This document shows positions 58,838 to 64,000 of a DNA stretch of 64,000 nucleotides, piece by piece. Numbering within the stretch: the first letter of the stretch is position 1; every line of letters starts with the position of its first letter. The translations under genes and the position numbers were made by a program. Source of the stretch: Anaerolineales bacterium (lineage in GTDB: Bacteria > Chloroflexota > Anaerolineae > Anaerolineales > Villigracilaceae); the NCBI GenBank assembly GCA_016789225.1, contig JAEURI010000002.1:5062-69061 (forward strand), in the 5' to 3' direction. The notes beneath the pieces were generated by a model. The model worked only from the letters and a program-made list of their open reading frames with translations, did not search any database and had not been told where the DNA came from.

Positions 58838-59869
58838 ATGTTTCGTTACATACTAAAACGCTTGTTGCAGGGAATTCCCCTGCTGTTCATCATCAGCCTG
58901 GTACTTTTCCTGTTGATGATGAATGTGGGTGACCCGATTGCCACGATGGGCGGCCGTACCATCACCCGCCCCGAAGATCGCGAACGCCTAAAACGACAAT
59001 TGGGGTTGGACAAACCCATTGCTGTTCAGTATCTATACTGGCTTGTTGGCAACGACTGGACGAAGGTGGACGTTGATGGCGATGGGATCGCGGACAAGCC
59101 AGGCACGCGTAAGGGCATCCTGCGCGGAGATTTCGGTAAATCCCTGGTCACCAAAAAACCGGTCACCGAACTTGTGGGCGAGCGCATTCCAAATACATTG
59201 CTTCTGATGGTCGCTGCGGAAGTGGTCACCATCTTTTTTGCATTATTGCTGGGCATTTATTCGGCCCTGCGCCAGTATTCGACCATGGATAATATTATGA
59301 CGGCGCTGCTCTTCATCGCCTACTCCATGCCAATCTTCTTCGTCTCGCTGGCATCCATGTACGTGTTTGCGATTCTCTTCAAACGCTGGGGACTGCCGTA
59401 TCTGCCCACCGTGGGCATGTTCGACCCGGAGGTGGGCAAGACACCTGCTCAGGTTCTCTCGCATATGGTGCTGCCGGTCTTCACGCTTTCGGTTCCATAT
59501 TTTGCGGCCTACAGTCGTTACATCCGCGGCACCATGCTGGAGGTGATGAGTCAGGATTATGTGCGCACAGCCAGGGCCAAGGGATTGCCACGCCGTCAGG
59601 TCGTATACATTCATGCCTTGAAGAATGCCGCCATGCCGATTGTGACCGTCATTGGGTTAGATCTGCCCTTCCTGTTGGGAGGTGCTGTGGTGACGGAACG
59701 CATCTTTGCCTGGCCGGGAATGGGCCGGCTTTTCTTCGACCATGTCTCCCGCTCGGACCTTCCTGTTGTGATGGGCATCCTGATGCTTGTGGCGGCAGCA
59801 GTGGTCATCTTCCAGATCATCACCGATATTGTGTATGCGTGGCTCGATCCGCGCATTCGTTATAACTGA
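58838..59869 (+). CDS. oppB: Peptide ABC permease
   Basis: MFRYILKRLL, LGLDKP...QY, DYVRTARAKGL, HALKNA, DPRIRY. Confidence 0.9.
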   Translation: MFRYILKRLLQGIPLLFIISLVLFLLMMNVGDPIATMGGRTITRPEDRERLKRQLGLDKPIAVQYLYWLVGNDWTKVDVDGDGIADKPGTRKGILRGDFGKSLVTKKPVTELVGERIPNTLLLMVAAEVVTIFFALLLGIYSALRQYSTMDNIMTALLFIAYSMPIFFVSLASMYVFAILFKRWGLPYLPTVGMFDPEVGKTPAQVLSHMVLPVFTLSVPYFAAYSRYIRGTMLEVMSQDYVRTARAKGLPRRQVVYIHALKNAAMPIVTVIGLDLPFLLGGAVVTERIFAWPGMGRLFFDHVSRSDLPVVMGILMLVAAAVVIFQIITDIVYAWLDPRIRYN

Positions 59870-59875
59870 GGCGAT

Positions 59876-60820
59876 ATGACGACTCATACCCCCTCCATTC
59901 CCCAGCTTGCGGAAGACCTTGCCACTCCGCCACTGACTCTCTCTCAACTTGGCTGGTTGAGATTCCGGCGCCATAAAATGGCCCTGGTAGGCGTGGTTAT
60001 CATTATATTTTTATTCCTGTTCGCATTTGGCGGAGCGCTGATCTACTCGGAGCAATACGCAAACTATACCGATACCTCTTTGCGCCTTCTGCCTCCCTCT
60101 GCAGAACACCCCTTTGGCACGGATACCATTGGTCGGGACATTCTCGCTCGAACCATTTACGGCGGGCAAATCTCGCTCTTCATCGGCATCGTGGCTGTCA
60201 TCATCGAAACCCTGCTTGGAATTTTGGTCGGCGCATTGGCCGGATATTATGGCGGCTGGGTCGATTCACTGCTCATGCGCATCACCGAAGCGTTATTGAA
60301 CATTCCCACCATTTTTCTGTTGCTCGTGATGGCGAAGTTCTTCGGCGGGCAGGTGCCTGAGATCGATATCGGCGGGCGTGTCTTCAGCGGAAGCGTGATC
60401 GTCATCGTGGTCATCATCGGCGCGACGAGCTGGATGTATTTGGCCCGAATCGTCCGCGCGGAATTTTTATCGCTTAAGGAAAATGAATTTGTGCTGGCGG
60501 CCCGCGCAACCGGCACCTCGAACGCACAAATCATCTTTTTGCACATTCTTCCGAATACCTTTGCGCCCATTATCGTTTCTTCGACTCTGAGTGTGGCGAA
60601 TGCCATCCTTTCGGAGGCATATATCAGTTTTCTAGGCTTGGGCGTTCAGGCGCCAACTGCCACCTGGGGCAATATGCTGGATAGTTCTGCCAATTATCTC
60701 GACTCGGCTCCGTGGTTATGGTTCTTCCCCGGCATGTTGATTCTGTTGACGGTACTAAGTATCAATTTCCTCGGCGATGGTCTGCGCGATGCGCTCGACC
60801 CGCGCAGCCGGACGGTATAG
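59876..60820 (+). CDS. oppC: Peptide ABC permease
   Basis: HPFGTD.IGRD, ARIVRAE.LSLKE.EFV.AA, FLGLG, NFLGDGLRDALDPR. Confidence 0.9.
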   Translation: MTTHTPSIPQLAEDLATPPLTLSQLGWLRFRRHKMALVGVVIIIFLFLFAFGGALIYSEQYANYTDTSLRLLPPSAEHPFGTDTIGRDILARTIYGGQISLFIGIVAVIIETLLGILVGALAGYYGGWVDSLLMRITEALLNIPTIFLLLVMAKFFGGQVPEIDIGGRVFSGSVIVIVVIIGATSWMYLARIVRAEFLSLKENEFVLAARATGTSNAQIIFLHILPNTFAPIIVSSTLSVANAILSEAYISFLGLGVQAPTATWGNMLDSSANYLDSAPWLWFFPGMLILLTVLSINFLGDGLRDALDPRSRTV

Positions 60821-60829
60821 GAGCCGCTT

Positions 60830-61815
60830 GTGACCAAAACACTTTTGAAAGTGTCTGATCTAAAAACACGTTTTCACACACCAGAGGGCGTCATCCATGC
60901 GGTGAATGGAGTCTCGTTCGAGGTAAAGGAAGGGGAAACAGTGGCAGTTGTCGGCGAGAGCGGATGCGGAAAATCCGTCAGCATGATGTCGATGTTGAAG
61001 TTGATCCCCACTCCGCCCGGCGATATCTACTCCGGGGAAGTCCTCTATCGCGGCAATGACTTGTTGAAAAAATCCGAGCAGGAAATGGAAGATGTGCGCG
61101 GCAAAGAGATCGCAATGATCTTTCAGGACCCGATGACCTCGCTCAACCCGGTGTTGACCGTACGCAGGCAGTTGACCGAATCCTTGCGCGAACATTTGAA
61201 CTTCACTGCCGAACAGGCTGAAAAACGCGCTGTCGAATTGCTCGAACAAGTGGGCATCCCCGATGCGGCGCGGCGCGTGCAGGATTATCCCCATCAATTT
61301 TCCGGCGGCATGCGCCAGCGGGTGATGATCGCCATGGCGTTATCCTGTGCGCCAAGTTTGTTGATCGCAGACGAACCCACCACCGCATTGGACGTGACCA
61401 TTCAGGCGCAGATCGTGGAACTGGTGACGCGCCTGCGTGAGTCGTTGCGCATGGCAGTGATTTGGATCACGCATGATTTGGGTGTGGTGGCGGGCATGGC
61501 CGACCGCGTGATTGTGATGTATGCGGGCTTTATCGTGGAACAGGCCAGCGTGGAGGACTTGTACGACTCTCCGAGCCATCCCTACACCCTGTCTTTGATT
61601 GCTGCCCTGCCACGCGTCGACCGCCGCCGCGACCAGCGTCTCAAATCGATACCAGGTTCGCCGCCGAATCTTTTGGTGGAGCCGAAAGGCTGTCCCTTTG
61701 CGCCGCGCTGTGAATTCGTTATGGAAAAATGCAGGCAGGAGAATCCCATGCTTGCAGAGATCGGTTCGGACCATTTCGCCGCCTGCTGGGTGGATGTCAA
61801 AACAGGAGCGCCGCG

Positions 61816-61819
<4 letters not shown>
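60830..61819 (+). CDS. oppD: Peptide ABC ATP-binding protein
   Basis: [41 protein letters not shown]-terminal Cys cluster. Confidence 0.92.
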
Positions 61820-62810
<991 letters not shown>

Positions 62811-62814
<4 letters not shown>

Positions 62815-63071
62815 GGACTGGATCAAGTAAAGATTCTTCCATACTCCAAAAGCCAAAGATTCAACGTTTACCCCTTTGGCTTAAGCACATTATTTTGTTT
62901 ATCTATGAGTTAAGTTTATTTCGTGTTGGAGCAGTTTTTCTTGTCCTTCTTTTTATTGCTTCCAGGGGAGATTTGTTTTCGTATGATGGGCTTGTCTCAT
63001 CGATCTTTATAGGTATATTTTTGATATTGTTTGTTCTGCAATGGTGGATTAAAAGAGAGGATGAATCTTAA
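62811..63071 (+). CDS. Small AT-rich hypothetical membrane protein
   Basis: ATGA overlap with oppF stop; two hydrophobic segments; visibly lower GC than neighbours. Confidence 0.45.
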
Positions 63072-63082
63072 TGGACTACCTT

Positions 63083-63154
63083 GTGTCATGCTGAGCGAAG
63101 CGAAGCATCTCTACGATTATCCTAGGGACCCTTCGCTGTCGCTCAGGGTGACAC
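63083..63154. repeat. GTCAT-CTGAGC palindromic repeat, copy 3 (most intact)
   Basis: GTGTCATGCTGAGCGAAGCGAAGCATCTCTA-loop-TAGGGACCCTTCGCTGTCGCTCAGGGTGACAC. Confidence 0.8.
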
Positions 63155-64000
63155 GTTAGAAGATAGCTTAGTTTTATTGAATAGTTCAAAATGCTCTCTT
63201 GCAAGGCAAACATAATTATCGTCGATGCAAAAAAGCATCCCATACTTTCCCGCTTCCAACCCATCTGATTCAAAAATGAACCTGCCCTGAATAGCCGCAT
63301 TCGTGTGCAGGTAACGTAGGGGCTTCTCCGCGAACGGGTCCTGCCCGAATTGATAAATCCCCAGCCAGTCCCAACGATTGCCGGGCGCATTCTCCAAATT
63401 AACAATGATGGGTTCGCCTTTGGCGTAGGCCTGCCTGTCCAGGCTCAACTTTACGCCCTCTCCCGCCTCCTTCACCCAAAGCCGATAATGCGAGAGCACG
63501 CTCGATCTTTCATCCAATAACACAAGCTCATATGCGCCTGATGGTATTCCCTTTGTGGAAAACGACAGTTCGGAAATTCTCCCACGAACCGACTGACTCA
63601 ATGTGGGCGTTAATTCTCCCCTTCGAATTAACTCGCATCGTTCCCCGCCCTGGCCTGATCCATTTACCCAAACATGGATCAACTCCCCGGCCTCCACCAG
63701 CCGTTTGTCCGTAGTGACCATGGCAGGCATGTCCGCTGGCGTCACCGCAAACGTGGACATCACCGCGCGATGATCGGACGGAAATGGGGATACCGTTTCT
63801 TCTCCGATCACAATACTTTCCAACGTTACACTCGACCCCGCCGCATAGATAAAGTCAATGCGGTCTTGCGGGTCATCCGGGTTGGGATTCCAGCCGTTCA
63901 CTTGCGGACGATTTGCCCACCATGTCAGTCCCGGCTCGGTCTTGGGATCTGGGTGAGCCTCCCGAAATGAGTCGCGGAAGCCTGCATCCATCACAGCCTT
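63143..64000 (-). CDS. Endonuclease/exonuclease/phosphatase family protein with C-terminal beta-rich domains (5' end outside window)
   Basis: GFRDSFRE.HPDP...PGLTW, DRIDFIY, PSDHRAV motifs. Confidence 0.82.
   Translation of the reverse strand, partial: KAVMDAGFRDSFREAHPDPKTEPGLTWWANRPQVNGWNPNPDDPQDRIDFIYAAGSSVTLESIVIGEETVSPFPSDHRAVMSTFAVTPADMPAMVTTDKRLVEAGELIHVWVNGSGQGGERCELIRRGELTPTLSQSVRGRISELSFSTKGIPSGAYELVLLDERSSVLSHYRLWVKEAGEGVKLSLDRQAYAKGEPIIVNLENAPGNRWDWLGIYQFGQDPFAEKPLRYLHTNAAIQGRFIFESDGLEAGKYGMLFCIDDNYVCLAREHFELFNKTKLSSNVSP

Overview
A 64-kb gene-dense bacterial chromosomal window, by gene content most likely Chloroflexota (Anaerolineae-like); this assignment is inferred, not demonstrated. 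No rRNA, tRNA, CRISPR array, transposase or phage genes were recognised. Main blocks: (1) an SLH surface protein; (2) a minus-strand cluster of nitroreductase, APH-like kinase, an HTH/cNMP/degenerate-MinD/PII-like fusion, a Cache-like membrane sensor with no kinase output, and mtnN; (3) an M50-like membrane protein, an unannotated 58-aa membrane ORF and a NarL-type two-component system; (4) menG/menA; (5) a long minus-strand run ssnA-npdG-cofE-PPOX-nitroreductase(FbiE-like)-cofD-cofC-LLM-ABC importer, i.e. coenzyme F420 assembly and use with no FO synthase in the window; (6) NACHT-HEAT protein, class A beta-lactamase-like protein, proline dehydrogenase, an Arr-like ADP-ribosyltransferase candidate; (7) moeA, a MacAB-like exporter with an OmpR two-component system; (8) a very large PAS/GAF histidine kinase split by one in-frame TAG; (9) a proline-racemase-family/OCD pair; (10) an Opp/Dpp peptide ABC operon. 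The best candidates for undescribed systems are an F420-dependent reductive purine/heterocycle pathway (ssnA + Fno + cof + LLM + importer) and the cNMP/MinD-like + Cache + MtnN signalling module. Several genes appear leaderless, and at least three families of intergenic palindromic or short repeats are present.
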